Position numbers and translations under genes: made by a program. Below the pieces are notes generated by a model that searched no databases, was not told where the DNA came from, and saw only the letters and a program-made list of their open reading frames with translations. This document shows, one piece after another, positions 38,801 through 50,400 of a stretch of DNA of 64,000 nucleotides. The stretch is from NCBI GenBank assembly GCA_965242925.1, contig CBDEUM010000022.1, positions 1-64,000 of the forward strand, in the 5' to 3' direction. Source of the DNA: Roseibacillus sp. (GTDB lineage: Bacteria; Verrucomicrobiota; Verrucomicrobiia; Verrucomicrobiales; Akkermansiaceae). The stretch's first letter is position 1. Every line of letters begins with the position of its first letter.

Positions 38801-39094
38801 GAAATCACCCAGCACGGAGGACTCACCTTCTGGGCTGATCCGGCCACCGGGGAAGTGTTCATGCGCTACGCCCGCCGCACCGATTACGCGGCGGTGGGGC
38901 TTGCCTTCACGGACCAGTTCAGTCGTGACCTGGACACCTTCGAGAACGCCGCCGAATCGCCGGAGGTGATCGCCACCGGGACCGGAGATGACGGCACCAG
39001 GATCGAAGCGGTCCAACTCAAACTGCCCCTTGTCCTGCCGGACAGCGGAGGCAAGGCCCGCTTCGGACGAAACCAGGTCCAGATCAACCCATAA
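32816..39094 (+). CDS. Giant exported adhesin-like protein (2092 aa): three C1q/BclA-like domains, cadherin-like, Ig-like/VCBS, LamG, Calx-beta, LamG and a C-terminal domain
   Basis: Signal peptide; three TNF/C1q-like beta units; LTYTI..GGTFTQADV..FDFTVSDG; LLANDTG..GTFTYDP..DTFDYTV..VDGVND; WVHIV..IWLNG; ASVTEGN..DSLYEGSETLTVTI; LIAYYDFN..LDDVSIWNRAL; C-terminal QEAWRLAFFG..DANGNG..FSRDL..RFGR. Confidence 0.85.
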   Translation: MKTLCSRMLALPVIAVLVLTCLPLHAQLTATAGEIAVRSNQNAANLATNPGDDIAIQFDRDVLDGSDFAASADHVLSQGKYLVLYSTRWDHSGGQQRAEISTRLTLEPAGGGAPVDLKYGTAQGFIRTSSGANEAVVSGGTIVEAAATGDILRLHGTRTDENATSVKNLRGTGLSSIQFLKLDDSWDYLRVSRTTDTAAPTNDTFASVSYELEDESSLGAMSLSSGTDITFNQDGSYLVMANTSLLSTNLASTARTGYGQRLTLDGTLVAGSTTTSYVRGHVNADGCHDGVLAIGTIVQATAGQVLNVQTRKEQGINCTITSAGTGLAIVQLPSTGSYLSLSDNSGQNLNAAAPGASVNFDTTVNSTGLAFSHTSGTSAVTVNKTGTYLFLSGFFCLEDTADRQVPWQTWKVNGTTAYGGSARYSRNNQIDRNGNWSGLLASLTATDTVEVNSQALGAGGSVPGNDLGLQGVHIESLFPSDDPAITANSPLNAVVNSLGNVITDDTHLLTTDNNTGADGLTYTIDTAITGGILKLSGTALAVGGTFTQADVNGDLLTFDAGAAAVNGGFDFTVSDGGGGPASGTFSINVGIATVLVADAGTTDEDTGATEADLTTGADLLANDTGSSLVVTSFDSTSTNGAAVTVSPTGTFTYDPTGSASLQVSAVGESLADTFDYTVTDVFGIMTSATVTITVDGVNDVPVVVAESHRTLGGAITNNLLANDSDADVSDTLTVSNFDAAGNGGAVPVPGPLVFASAQGATVSISSNGAFSYDPSTSAAILALADGATLSETFSYDVFDGTSAVATTVTVTSVGTVGASGDLAAVAANATVNFNALTNDSRYSGTVGSPTAGAELEFLADGVGNSSATWLNTGTATVASIPNGGTALIDATHNLTPSNPLPGMAATYDFAGTEGIEHDGFDAVPYGQSDLGNASIEFLFRPSDQVGDEVLLEVGGKTDGASICLVDNLVVWSACDNGTQSAQAVAILPPGAVAGGEWVHIVCKIDLASDNAEIWLNGVLTDSNGAVNVNNGAAGNLADWCGTDAGGIGRRLTDVGGDLNGLGNFGTTDLGDQTDYAGEVALLRTYESLLTSAQVMANFQALVGATVGAPGAGDVTDLNGTASPVPGTTVVVLPSGATVAFELDGSFTYDPNGAFDDLGVGLTAQESFTYTIDNHHNASTTVVITIDGTNTDAQLNLAADQASVTEGNDASFTITSSLALPSDVEASLSYSGTAQDGSDFNGNATVTLSSGGTEFDLTLSAIADSLYEGSETLTVTIDSVTGSAVLGANPAASTTIADSDSPPVLSIGTPAGNTTEGSRVDFTVTASVASSVAVTVDVAYSGAAGPEDFCEQEQITIPAGQTAATASLLVLDDAVAEGNETLTATISNPSLGSLATTETDGLIAYYDFNSDTAADTSSALGGSTSANDGSWTGTAVYKDGAFGRAVEVGDGAGSNFITASGAEYEFGTATSFTVVYWLNTEDAIPGDPSVIAGGGKNWSASGGSLGWVSAIAGDDLDANIGDGSNRGDAAVIDIDHDTYWTNRGEPGDHWNFVAMVIDRDAQTLTNYAADEWVTVSGTSWASGVTGQDFGQDSSSPTTDSDISNVGDLTAGNLDIVMGQDGDGAGYSLPASGLDDVSIWNRALTRAELWEIYAEGRSNATSLGAIVAARTPPNTATATIADGAGQVVFNASFEGIDPAATPGGTLLNGDAPFAANLGTSVGNWANVFTADAAGNDPGVIAETGADAKGDGVDNALRLDRPAATQDVCAQFDGAIDISGSNTGMISFDLATRRTQGNSAAKSTTIIGLDEAGNKSFELFLDANNNGTTHEQLFHVDSSGTKTALGNVQDFDNSGGWNEDRMSNVRIGLTSTGYCVQIEKFPLGTTPAPDTTTGGLSYAGNATTITQVVFRVSGSADTGISGGIYLDDVRAAGSALTTQEAWRLAFFGSGDNSGDGADGNDANGNGLSNLLDFAYGFNPDGPNSSADSLEVSNPGPNGEITQHGGLTFWADPATGEVFMRYARRTDYAAVGLAFTDQFSRDLDTFENAAESPEVIATGTGDDGTRIEAVQLKLPLVLPDSGGKARFGRNQVQINP
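32925..34256. repeat. About 1.3-kb inverted-repeat arm (partner at 50069-51397) encoding the shared N-terminal triple C1q-like block
   Basis: High nucleotide similarity from TTCGAAGCAACCAGAAC to TCTCTCTTCCCCTCCG with the reverse complement of 50069-51397, including identical runs of about 100 bp (e.g. 33202-33302) and diverged patches. Confidence 0.9.
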
Positions 39095-39131
39095 GTCCCC
39101 TTTCACAGGAACCCTGCAAACCCAGATTCTC

Positions 39132-39749
39132 ATGAGAAACACACTGTCCGCCATTTTCCTGCTTGGAGTTGCCACCACGGCACCGGGAGCCATCCTCTGG
39201 TTCCCGCACCAGAACATCTCCATCCCCACCACCTTCGAAGGCATCGCGGTGGATCTTGAAACCGGGACCACCTCAAGCGCCGCCGCAGGACTTCCCGGAG
39301 GCGATGCCAACTTCCTCCTCGGAGGCGGAGCGATCACCAACGACGCCGATCAGGCGGCCGCCAGTGCGAGCTGGCAACCGGTCCGCACCGGCACGAGCAA
39401 TATTGATTCCCTGCAGCAGCTTGGCATCGGCGACACGGTGGACGCCAGCAGCACCACTTCCACGGGCTTCGGTGCATCGGGAATACCCACCTCCCATTTC
39501 CCGGAGTTCACCCCGGGAACACCCGGTTATGTAGGCTTCTCCCTGATCCTCAACGACAATAGCACGGCCTACGGGTGGATGCGAGTGACCCTGCAGAACA
39601 ACAATCAGGCCGGTGGCCTCATTCATGAATGGGCCATTCAGGATGATGGGGGCGCCATCGTGGTAGGTGTTCCTGAACCCGGTTCCCTTCTCCTCGCCTT
39701 CCTGGGACTCGGCAGCCTTTTCCTCCGTCGCAAACGGCAGACCGGGTGA
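39132..39749 (+). CDS. PEP-CTERM sorting-domain surface protein
   Basis: Signal peptide MRNTLSAIFLLGVATTAPG; YVGFSL..YGWMRV..IHEWA; C-terminal VPEPGSLLLAFLGLGSLFLRRKR. Confidence 0.92.
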   Translation: MRNTLSAIFLLGVATTAPGAILWFPHQNISIPTTFEGIAVDLETGTTSSAAAGLPGGDANFLLGGGAITNDADQAAASASWQPVRTGTSNIDSLQQLGIGDTVDASSTTSTGFGASGIPTSHFPEFTPGTPGYVGFSLILNDNSTAYGWMRVTLQNNNQAGGLIHEWAIQDDGGAIVVGVPEPGSLLLAFLGLGSLFLRRKRQTG

Positions 39750-39995
39750 TCCGGCTGCAAGCAGGGAAAAGGCGAACCGATTCCCCGGGTAGTGCTGAAA
39801 ACCGGGCTCGCCAATCTGCGACCCTTCCCGGAACGGGAGCAACTGGATGGGATCTTCCCCATTCAGGCAACCCATATCAATTTGGAGAAACCAGGCGTAG
39901 CAACGCTCCCCCCTCTCGCCATCTTAGGGGTTGACCATCCCCCAACCGATGGGACCATCACTATCCGGGAGTGATCTCTCCAGGAAAAGCTCTTC

Positions 39996-42900
39996 ATGAC
40001 CCCCCTTTCCATGGCCCACCCCCTGGCCAAGGCAGAGAGCCCGCCCCTGCGCGGCCTCGTGGTTGCCTGTGTTTTCCTTCTCCTCGGCGCCTTTCCCACC
40101 CCTGCCGATCTGGTTGCCCATTATGCCCTTGATGATCCTCCCGCAGGCGACGACACCGTCATCGACTCCCTGGGCAGGAATAATGGGGTCCTCATCAACC
40201 CCGCCAGCGTCACCCGGGGGGTGGCCGCCCACGACCCGGCCTTCGGAACCGCCTGCGACTTCGCCCTGCGGGGCGGGATAAACCTCGGAACCCGGACCGA
40301 GGTCCGGCCCGTCGATCAATTCACGATGACCTGGTGGATGCGTCCCACCACCCTCAATGCCTTTGACCGCATCTACGAAACGATGACCGGGACCTCGAAC
40401 GGTGCTAATGGCATCCGCATCGACCTGGGTGCCAATCCCGGCGACAGCGTGCGCGTCCTTCTGCGGGACGGGAACGGGGCCACCAGTACCCAGCACACTC
40501 ACTCCCTCACCCTGCGCACTGATGGAACGTGGTACTTCGTGGCGGTCCGCTACGACTCTACCACGGGGGACGGATCTGCCCTGAAACTGACCGTCCTGGA
40601 AGATGGCGGACCCGTCTCCCCCGCCGCCATCACCGCCGCCACCAGGTCTCCAGCCTCCCTCGGCACCGGACCGATCGACCTTCACTCCAACGGCGCCTTC
40701 CTCGCGGCCGATGATGCCGCCGCATCGGGTTCCAACGATTTTGGCGGAGCCCTCGACGACTTCGCCATCTTCCAGACCGGCGATCACTTCGGAATCCTCT
40801 CGGATGAGGATCTGGCCACCGTCTGCAACCAGGGCGCCCTGGCCCTTGACCCCCCGGCACCCCTGCCTCTCATCAACAGTTTCACGACCAGTGCTTCATC
40901 CGTCACCCCGGGCTCGCCGGTCACCCTTTCCTGGGATGCAAGCAACGCGGAAACACTCTCGATCGCACCCGGAATCGGACCGGTCGACAGTCAGACGGCG
41001 GACGGCAGAGGCTCCCTTGAACTCACCCCGGAAAAAACCACCTTCTACACCCTGACCGCCACCAATGGTGAGGGCACTGCCAGCGCCGGTGTTCAGGTCG
41101 TCGTGGGCGGACAACTGCTGCCCCCGGTCATCAGTGAGTTTGTGGCGCTCAACCGGGCGAGTCTACTCGATGGCGACGGGAACAACCCCGACTGGATAGA
41201 GATCCACAATCCCAACCTCGTCCCCCTCGATCTCGAGGGCTATTTCCTGACCGACGATGCTTCCGAACTCACCCGTTGGCCCTTTCCAGCTGCTACTCTC
41301 GTGCCCGGCGGCGGCTACCTCGTGGTCTTCGCCTCACAACAGGACCGCAATGACTACGTCGATGCAGGCGGCAACCTGCACACCAACTTCGCACTTCGCT
41401 CGGCTGGAGACTACCTTGCCCTGGTGGCTCCCGATGGAGCAACCGTGGTGAGCGGGTTTTCCCCCGACTATCCGGAGCAGAAGGAAGATGTGGCCTACGG
41501 CCTCAACGGTTTCTTCCTCGCTCCCACCCCGGGAGCGCCCAACGACGGCGGAGGCGTAATCGGCTTCGTGGAGGACACCACCTTCAGCATGGACCGGGGA
41601 TTCTACGAGACCGCGATTTCGGTAGCGATCACGACCGCCACCCCGGATGCCGGGATCTACTACACCACCGACGGAACCGAGCCCTCCCCTGCCAACGGCA
41701 CCCTCTACCACACCCCGTTGACCATCGAGACCACCACCACCCTCCGGGCGGCCGCCTTCAAGGAAGGACTCGCCCCCACCAACATCGACACCCAGACCTA
41801 TCTCTTTCTTGAGGATGTCGTCCGGCAACCCGCCGTCATCCGCGGCTATCCCCGCACCTGGGCCGGTGAACCCGCCCACTACCACATGGATCCCGAGGTG
41901 GTGAACCATCCTCTCGACGGCCCTCAGATGCTGGAAGCCCTCAAGGCCTTCCCCACCCTCTCCATTGCGATCGACCCTGACGAAATGTTCGGAACCTCGG
42001 GGATCTACCAGAACCCGCAGAGTCAGGGAGACCCCTGGGAGCGGTCGGTCTCAGCCGAGTTCATCAGCCCGGATGGCTCCGAACCGGGCTTCCAGATCAA
42101 TGCCGGCATGCGGGTCCAGGGCGGGAGCAGCCGCAATCCGGACATCCCCAAGCATAGCCTGAGCCTGCGCTTCCGCCGGGACTACGGATCCGGAAAACTG
42201 AACTATCCTCTCTTCAAGGATGCTCCCTTCGGCGAGTCGGCGGTCGAGGAATTTGATTTTCTCCAACTACGGGCGGGATTCAATTTCGCCTGGACGCACC
42301 GGCACTACTACCAGGCCCGCCACGCTCAGTACAACCGGGACCAGTGGGTGAACGATCTCTACCTCGCCATGGGGCAACCCGGCACGCACGGGCGATGGGT
42401 TCACCTCTACCTTAACGGACTTTACTGGGGGCTCTACCATGTGCACGAACGCCCGGACGGAAACTTCATGGCTTCCTACTTCGGCGGAGAGAGCGAAGAC
42501 TACGATGCTCTCAGCTCCGGCCAGGCCCGCAGTGGCGATACGGCGGCCTGGAACACCATGATCGCGATTGCCAACGGTAATATTGCCGATCCAGCCCGTT
42601 ACCGCCGCGATCCAGGACTACCTCGACGTGGACTCCCTCATTGACTACATGCTCCTCAACTTTTTCGTGGGAAACACCGACTGGGACGGACACAACTGGC
42701 GGGCGGCCCGGAAGCGCAGGAGAGGCGCCGGCTACCTCATGCTACCCTGGGATTCGGAATTCGCCATTTCGCCGAATGGAGCCGGTGTCATCAACAATCC
42801 GCAGCCTCTTTCCAACGCCCTTAACACCAACGTGACCGGCCGCAACGGAACGGGGCGCCCCAGCGGTCTGCACCAGGATCTCGTTGCCAATCCCGAATAT

Positions 42901-44325
42901 CTCATGCGCTTCGCCGACCGCACCCATCGGCATCTCTTCAATGGCGGAGCCCTCTCGCCAGCGACCGCCGGTGCGATCTGGAGGGCCCGCTCGGACCTGA
43001 TGGACCGGGCCGTGGTGGCGGAATCCGCACGCTGGGGGGATTTCCGCTACGACGTCGACCCCGGACGATGGCAGCAATCGGACTTTGATCGCTACACCAG
43101 GAACGACCACTACCTGGAGAACCAGTCCTGGATTCTCCGCACCTACATCCCCCGGCGTGGCGGCGTGCTCCTGAGTCAATTGCGCAGCCGCGGTCTCTAT
43201 CCCGCCACCAATGCCCCCCGCTTTCGCCAGCATGGAGGTAACGTGGCACTCGGACAGGCGCTCACCATCAGCAATCCCAACCCTGAAGGGATCATCTACT
43301 ACACCACGGACGGCTCCGACCCCCGTGATCCTGACGCAGGTGGCAACTTAGTCTCCCCAAGTGCCGTCCCCTACACCACCCCCCCCGTCTTCACCGGGAG
43401 CGCCCTCCTGCGGGCCCGCGTCCTCAAGGGCACGGAATGGTCGGCCCTGAACGAAGCCCGTTTCCTCGCCGGCGCTCTCGCGGACTCCTCCACTCTTGCT
43501 CTTTCGGAGCTCATGTACAACCCGCCCGGACCATCCGAAGACCACGAGTTTGTGGAACTGGTCAACCACTCGGACACGGAAACCATCGAACTGGGCCAGG
43601 CGGAATTCATCACGGGGATCGCCTTCACCTTTCCCCTCAACACCCGCCTCGCCCCGGGAGAACATCTTCTCCTGGTCTCCAACCGGACCGCCTTTGAAGC
43701 AACCTACGGATCCGACCTTCCCGTGGTGGGCGAATATGCGGGCCTGCTCGACAACGACGGCGAACAACTTGTCATCGCAGACTCTCTCGGCAACATTCTG
43801 CTGGATTTCACCTACAATGACGGCCCCCAATGGCCCGCCCAGGCCGACGGGGCAGGCCACAGCCTGGTGCTGCGGCGTCACGATCCTGCCAGCGATCCCA
43901 GCGACGCCCTGAACTGGCGCAACAGCTCCGAATCCATGGGAACCCCGGGAAGCTCCCACCGCACCACCTTCAACGGCGATCCCTCCGCCGATAACGATCA
44001 GGACGGTCTGGAAGCCCTCCTGGAGTATGCAACGGGAAGCAGTGATTCCATCCCGGGGCCTGACACGGGAAGTCCCCTCCTGGCCCTTGACCAGACGGGA
44101 CATCTCACCGTGACCATCCGGCTCAATCTGCTCGCTTCCGACCTCGGGACAACCCTCGAGCGAACCAGCGACCTGGCCTCCTGGGAGGCCCTCACGGGAT
44201 TCGAACGCACTGCCATCATACGAGACCCCCTACAGGGCACCGCCCTCGTGGTCTACCGTGCGACCGCTCCCCTTCCGGACGGACCGGACCGGGCCTTCCT
44301 CCGCCTGCGGGTGACCAGACCTTGA
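39996..44325 (+). CDS. Second exported CotH-kinase-like protein (LamG, Ig-like, lamin-tail, chitobiase-C) with one frameshift near 42602
   Basis: Track ORFs 39996-42644 and 42568-44325 join if one C is removed (ADPARY-AAIQDYLDVDSLIDY), giving 1442 aa. HLYLNGLYWGLYHVHERPD, GNTDWDGHNW, WDSE, LSELMYNP; C-terminal RTSDLASW..AFLRLRV. Confidence 0.88.
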
Positions 44326-44356
44326 GGAACTGGAAGGAATAGAGCTCAGCCCCTTC

Positions 44357-44389
44357 CCTGCCAGGATCCCACGACGGGAACCTGGCAGG
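44357..44389. terminator. Strong hairpin between convergent genes (possible bidirectional terminator)
   Basis: CCTGCCAGG-A-TCCC-ACGAC-GGGA-A-CCTGGCAGG; no clear U-tract. Confidence 0.55.
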
Positions 44390-44415
44390 AGGATCTGCGA
44401 GATGGACATGCCCCT

Positions 44416-47400
44416 TTACGGAGCAGGAACCGTCACCAGCAGGCGGTAAATCTCCCGCGCTTCCCCGCCAGTGGTGTCGGTGGCGGTGTTGGCGGCACCA
44501 TCCGCCGCTGCGGTAAAGCTGTCCATGACCGGCACCTCGGGAAGTCCACTGGTGGAGGAGAGCACCTCGTAGGTCCGTCCCGCAAGGATCGGCCCATAGG
44601 TGATCTCAACCTGCGTGTCGCTTACGTGGACGACCTCGAACACCGGTCGTTCACTTCCATCGCTGGCGCTGGTTCCCATGAGATACTCGGAAAGAGCATC
44701 CCAGCTGTCGTTATCACTATCGCTCCCGGCATCAGCGGGATCGTTCGGGTTGAGGCCGTTCGCGAGTTCGTAATCGTCCGGGATCCCATCATTGTCCGAG
44801 TCCCCGGCCACGAGAGTAGCGACAGTGATCGCACCCGTGAGTGGGCCACTCCCGTCTTCGTCACCATCATCAACAAGGACATCAATGACAACCGGGGAGG
44901 TGCCATTGGGCAGGAATTGCACAGCCGCCAGGGCTGCATTCACCGCCCGGACAGTCCCGGTGATGGTCCAGATTCCAGTGGCCGGATCGTAAGTCGCACC
45001 CGTGGGCTCGGTGAGATTACCATCCCCGGGGCTGAGGCTCAGGGTGGCGGTCACCTCCTCGGGTGCACTCGAGGCCAAGATCGAGAAGGGACTCGCATCA
45101 ACCGCATGCCAGAGACGTGCGGAACTGATGGTCCCCTCCATCGGGAATGAGCCAGTATCGTCGAAGATCCCGTTGGAGTCGGTTCCAAGTCCACCACGGG
45201 CCCCATCCGCATTCTGTCCCACCCGGATCGTGTCGTCCCCGCTCCAGTTGGACCGGGTCCCACGACTCGTCAGGTTCACGGTGGCCTGCCCCAATCCGTT
45301 CACCGAGTAGGTGATCGCGTCCAGACTGGCGACCACTGCAAGCTGGACCGGCGAATCGAGCGGCAAGACCGCATCTGCGAGCGGCACGCACACGTTTCCA
45401 TCCGTCCAGTCGGTGTCGTTGAAGCTGGAGGGAATATCCGCAGGAGCGGAATTCATCTTGCTCACGAAATATGGAATACCATCGATGAGATAGATTCCGG
45501 TCCCGTTGCTGGTGCCACCGATCTCAGCCACCCGCACCGTTCCGAAGTCGTCAAATCCGGACGGCTGGAAGGTGATCTCAAACGCAAATCCGGCATCGGC
45601 ATCCGGGTCTGGGACGAGATTAAGGGAGTCCTCATGGTTTGCCGGGTGGTCATACTGCGGCGCCTGCCCGGTGGTGATCACCGAATCGTTGGGATCGGTG
45701 ACCACGATATCGTCAAGATCCACCGGCCCAGCCTCGTATCCGATGTTCTGCACGAGGTTGGTGGCACTCGGGGCCAGTTGCGGAATATAGAGGACGGAAT
45801 CATCGATCGACACACTGTCCTCCGTCACCGCACCGCCCGCGACCGCGTTGGCCGCTCCCTTCGCAACGGAGATGACGACCAGGCCTCCGCTGGTCATGCC
45901 CGTGATCGATACGGTGTAAGTGTCTCCCGAACCGCTCACGCTGGCGGAAAGGGGACCCGTGTCGGTGCTGGCGGAGAGATCGATATCCCCCGCCTCAAAT
46001 CCGGTGACCGCCTCACTGAAGACGACCGAGAACTCAATGGGTGAACTACCAGCCGGGTCGTCCTGCCCTGCTGCCTGGTCGATGGCCACCGTCGGTCCTT
46101 CGTTGACGTAGAAGACCAGATCGTGGGTCATGGACTTGGGGCCTCCCGGTCCCGTACTTCCCCCGTCATCAATGGTGAAGGAGATCACCGCATCCCCCCC
46201 GGTCACCCCGTCGGTGGTGGAGATGACACCTGCGGCCAGGCTGGCATTGATATCGTCCAGAGTCCCCGTGAGGGTGAGGGTAGCCGTTCCACTGCCTCCC
46301 ACCACCGCAGGTCCACCCGCGGAGAAGGTCAGGGGCGCCCCTCCGCTACTCTGGAAGGTGGCCGTGAGTTCTCCCGTCCCGGCGTCAACATCATCCACCT
46401 GCAGGGTGTCCAAGGTGGTCCCGGTGGCAATGAAGGTGGCGGGCAGAACCGTGGATCCCCCGTCCCCCAGCGCCTCTCCCGCGAGGGTGGCGGTGGGGGG
46501 AGCGTTTCCAGCGATCCCCCCAACCGTGAGATCGTCGATGAGGATTCCGCTGCTTTCCGTGTCCTCCTCACTCGCATTGAGACTGAAGAGGATGGAACTG
46601 ATCTGGCTGGCCCCGCCGGCATAGGGCAGAACCCCGCTGGTGGAGTCGATGACCCCGTCCATGGGCCAGCGGTCAATGGCCACCCGGAAACCGCCGGAGG
46701 TCAGGGAGAGAATCAACCGGCTCTGCTTGGTCTCCAACTCATTGGAGCCGGTATTATCAAAGTCAGCTGCCTGGCCCAGGGGAGTCAGCTCCCCGGCCGA
46801 ATCAACATGGTGCAACTGTTCATTATGCGGCGCGGTATTGTTGGCACTGACGTAGAGTTCGAAGGATTTCTCGCCCGCATCATCGAGCCCGATGATGCGC
46901 CAGCTCTTGGCTTCCGAATTGCCCACCGTCCGGCGGTTGCCAAGGTTCATCGAGATGAAGGCCGCGTTGGACCCCGAAATATCGGCCGGGGAGGCAAGTC
47001 GTGCCTTGATCTCACCCGATCCCGGCACGACGCGGTCAAGGACCAGGGCTTCGTCGATTCCATCACCATTCGCGTCGTCAGTCTCAAAATAGATTCCGGG
47101 CAGTTTACCCGAGACGTTGAGAACCGGAATATCTTCCCATGATCCAACCGCGGTTCCGAGATTGGCGGCAAAGGGCGCATCCGAACCCACCTTTGAACCG
47201 TTCGGAGTGCCTGGGTCTCCGAAGGGATCGACATTTTCGAAATCGGCCAGGAAGAGAAGGACTCCCACTCCGTCAGTGACCTCGGTGCTGGCCGAGGACG
47301 CCCCGCCAATCGATCCGCGGTCCACCGATTCGAGAGTGAGCGTGATCGTTTCGGCACCCTCAGCGACGCCATCGTCTATGGGGATGAAACTCAGGATCCC

Positions 47401-50400
47401 GGATGCCTCACCCCCGGGAATGACAAACGAGGTTTGTCCGAAGAAATCCTGCCCGTTCACAGCCGTTCCGGAATAACTGACGGTGATGGAGCGATCCGCC
47501 TGGGAGGCCACATCGGGGGTAACGGTGAATCCGAGGACCGATCCTTCCGGACCGCTGGCCTGGTTTTCGGCAACCGAGAAGACCGGATCGGACTGAACGT
47601 CGTTCAAAAGGGTCTCGGCGACCACCGGAACGCCCACCACCGCATTCCCATTGACGCTCTCAATGGTCACGATGATATTTTCCAGTTCCTCGTAGAGGTT
47701 GTCATCAAGGGCACTGATGGTCATCTGGGCAGAGTTTCCGCCATTAGGAATCTGCACGGTGGCAGCAGCGGAGAAGTCATCCCCTGCAGCAGCCAGCCCA
47801 CTGAAACTGAGGTTTACATCAACCGCACCGGAAACTGCCGCACTGGAGGAGAGGCTGAAGGTCGCGGAACCACCTTCGTCAACTTCGACCTGATCGGCCA
47901 CCAGCGAGATCTGGGGATCGGGATTGGTTCCCTCGACATCCACATTCACCGTCACGGTGGAGTTCACTTCCGTGTCGAGGCGGTAGGTATAGCTATCGCG
48001 CCCGCTGAGTCCCACCCCGACGTGATCGAACGCGTTGTTCGGGTCGTAAGTGATCGAGCCATCGGCCTGGAGAGTCACGGTGGCCCCGGAAGGAAGATCG
48101 ATGGGATTTCCGATCCCCGGAGATGCCGTCCCAGCGATCTCAAGAATGTCGCCCGGGACCGCTGGGATCGACGAACCGAAAATGGAATCGTAATTTGCGC
48201 TGATCTCCGCGGGCGTGAGGAGGAACGGGTAAGTCCGGGCCAGTGAGATCTCGCCGTCATAGTCGGTCAGCGTCCCCAGACTGAGGGTGCCAAAATTTCC
48301 CAGATTGGGATCGGCTCCACCAACGTCGGACTGCCGGCGGCCGAGACCACCGTCATCCGTGCCACACCAGTCGGCAAGGTTGCCGCCGCCCCGGTGTCGA
48401 TATTGAGCGCAATCCCGGTGTCAACCAGTTGGCCGTTGATGAAGATACTGGCGGTGTCGTTGGTGAGATTGATCTGAGCTACAACGTGAACAAAGTCACC
48501 GCCCGCAACCGCTCCAGGCGGAAGTTGGCCCACGGCCTGCACGACTTGGGTCCCATTGTCGAGGGAACTCCAGGCCACCTTGTCGTCAACGATCGTGAAG
48601 GACGACCCGTCGGTAAGACCGCCAACCTCCCAGAGAACCTCATTGCCCACATGGTCGCGGGGGCGAATAAGCATCTCGAGAGTGGCGTCGACCGTGTCGA
48701 TATCGCCGTAAGTGGCCTGCTCCATGTCGAGGTGAACGATGCCCTCTACCCCGGCAAAGTCATAGGTAGCGGCGATTCCCGCCGGGGCATTCACCGCAGC
48801 CGGATTGAAGGTCGCATCGATCACTCCGTTGCTGGGGATGGATGCCACGGTGGCCGAGCCGGTATTGAGCCACTGCGTGCTCGAATTTCCAATCGTGTCG
48901 GCGTGAAATTCCAAATTGAACCCGGGAGTAGGCGTGCCAAGCACACCGCCCGGCCTGCGGACCTGATCGTTGCCCAGGACCTCTAAGTTGACCGCGTTAT
49001 TGGCATCCGTGGAGACGTGGTCGTTGGTCGGCAACCCGGCCCCACCCGAAGTGATGGTGATGAGACCGGCCACCGCGCTCGTTCCATCGAAGATCGTGTA
49101 TCCAAAGCTTTCCGAGAGAGGGACTCCGGGAACCAGGCTCAGCAGAAGGGACGAGGTGCTGACATCGTAGTCAAGAGTTCCGTCCGAGGAGACGCTCACG
49201 GTCGCGCCAAACTGCGAAGTGAAAACCAGCGGCACCAATTCAAAGTTGAGCGTATCACTGGTGACCGCTCCCCCACCTCCGAAGATCTGCTGGGTGACAT
49301 TGGAGACGGTGAGGATATCCGAGGCATCAACGTCATTCTCATTGCTGAGCAGGTTAAGGGTTATTCCCGATCCGTTGATACTGGTGACGCTTTCGTTGAC
49401 CGCCACGGGGTCGTCATTCACTCCATTCACCAGAATGCTCACCGTTGCCACCGAGACATTTCCCTGGAAGTCACCCACCGTATACGTGAAGGTATCGACA
49501 CCCTGTTCTCCCACCGCAAGAGCCTGGAGAGCACCCGCCGAACCGGGATCATAGCTGAAGGTTCCATCCTGGGCCACGGTTACTGCAGCACCCTCCGCAC
49601 TGGTGGCATCGAAGTTGATCACTCTGAGCGCGGTACCGGTATCATTGTCAAGCAGGCTGAAGGACGCTCCAGGCTCGAGGAGAAACAGGTTGGTGTCTTC
49701 ATCCGTGATGCCGCTGTCATCGGCAAGAAGGGTAGTGATGCCTAGATTGATGACAAAGGTCCCGGCATCCGGGTTCGCCCCACCATCCGAAACGCTGAAG
49801 TCGAAACCCCCGGTCTGCTCGGCCGCATCGGCGTCAAAGGTGAGCAGATCGTTGTTCACGTCCTCCTGGGTGAAGGTCGCGCCCTCCCCGAGAGGGTTTC
49901 CTCCGAGGTTGAGCACCCCCCCGGTGATTACGCTCGTGATGGTGTAGATGAGACTCTCCGGTCCGGTGTTCGCATCGGAGGCAAGGAGGGAGGTCTCATC
50001 CGTAATGACAGTGCCGATTGATCCCACCAGGACATTGAGGGATGCATTGAAGCTGATCTGCGGGTCAACGGAGGGGAAGAGAGACTCGATGTGAACACCC
50101 TGCAGGCCGAGGTCATTGCCCGGGACGCTGCCGCCCGCGCCGAGGGCCTGGGAGTTGACCTCCACCGTGTCTGTGGCGGTGAGCGAGGCCAGGAAGCCGG
50201 ACCAGTTCCCATTCTGATCGATCTGGTTGTTCCGGGAGTAGCGGGTCGACCCGCCGTAGGCGGTGGTCCCGTTGACCTTCCAAGTCTGCCAGGGGACCTG
50301 GCGGTCGGTGGTGTCCTCGAGACAGAAGAAGCCGGAGAGGAAGAGGTAGGTGCCGGTCTTATTGACGGTCACCGCGCTCGTGCCGGATGTGTGGCTGAAA

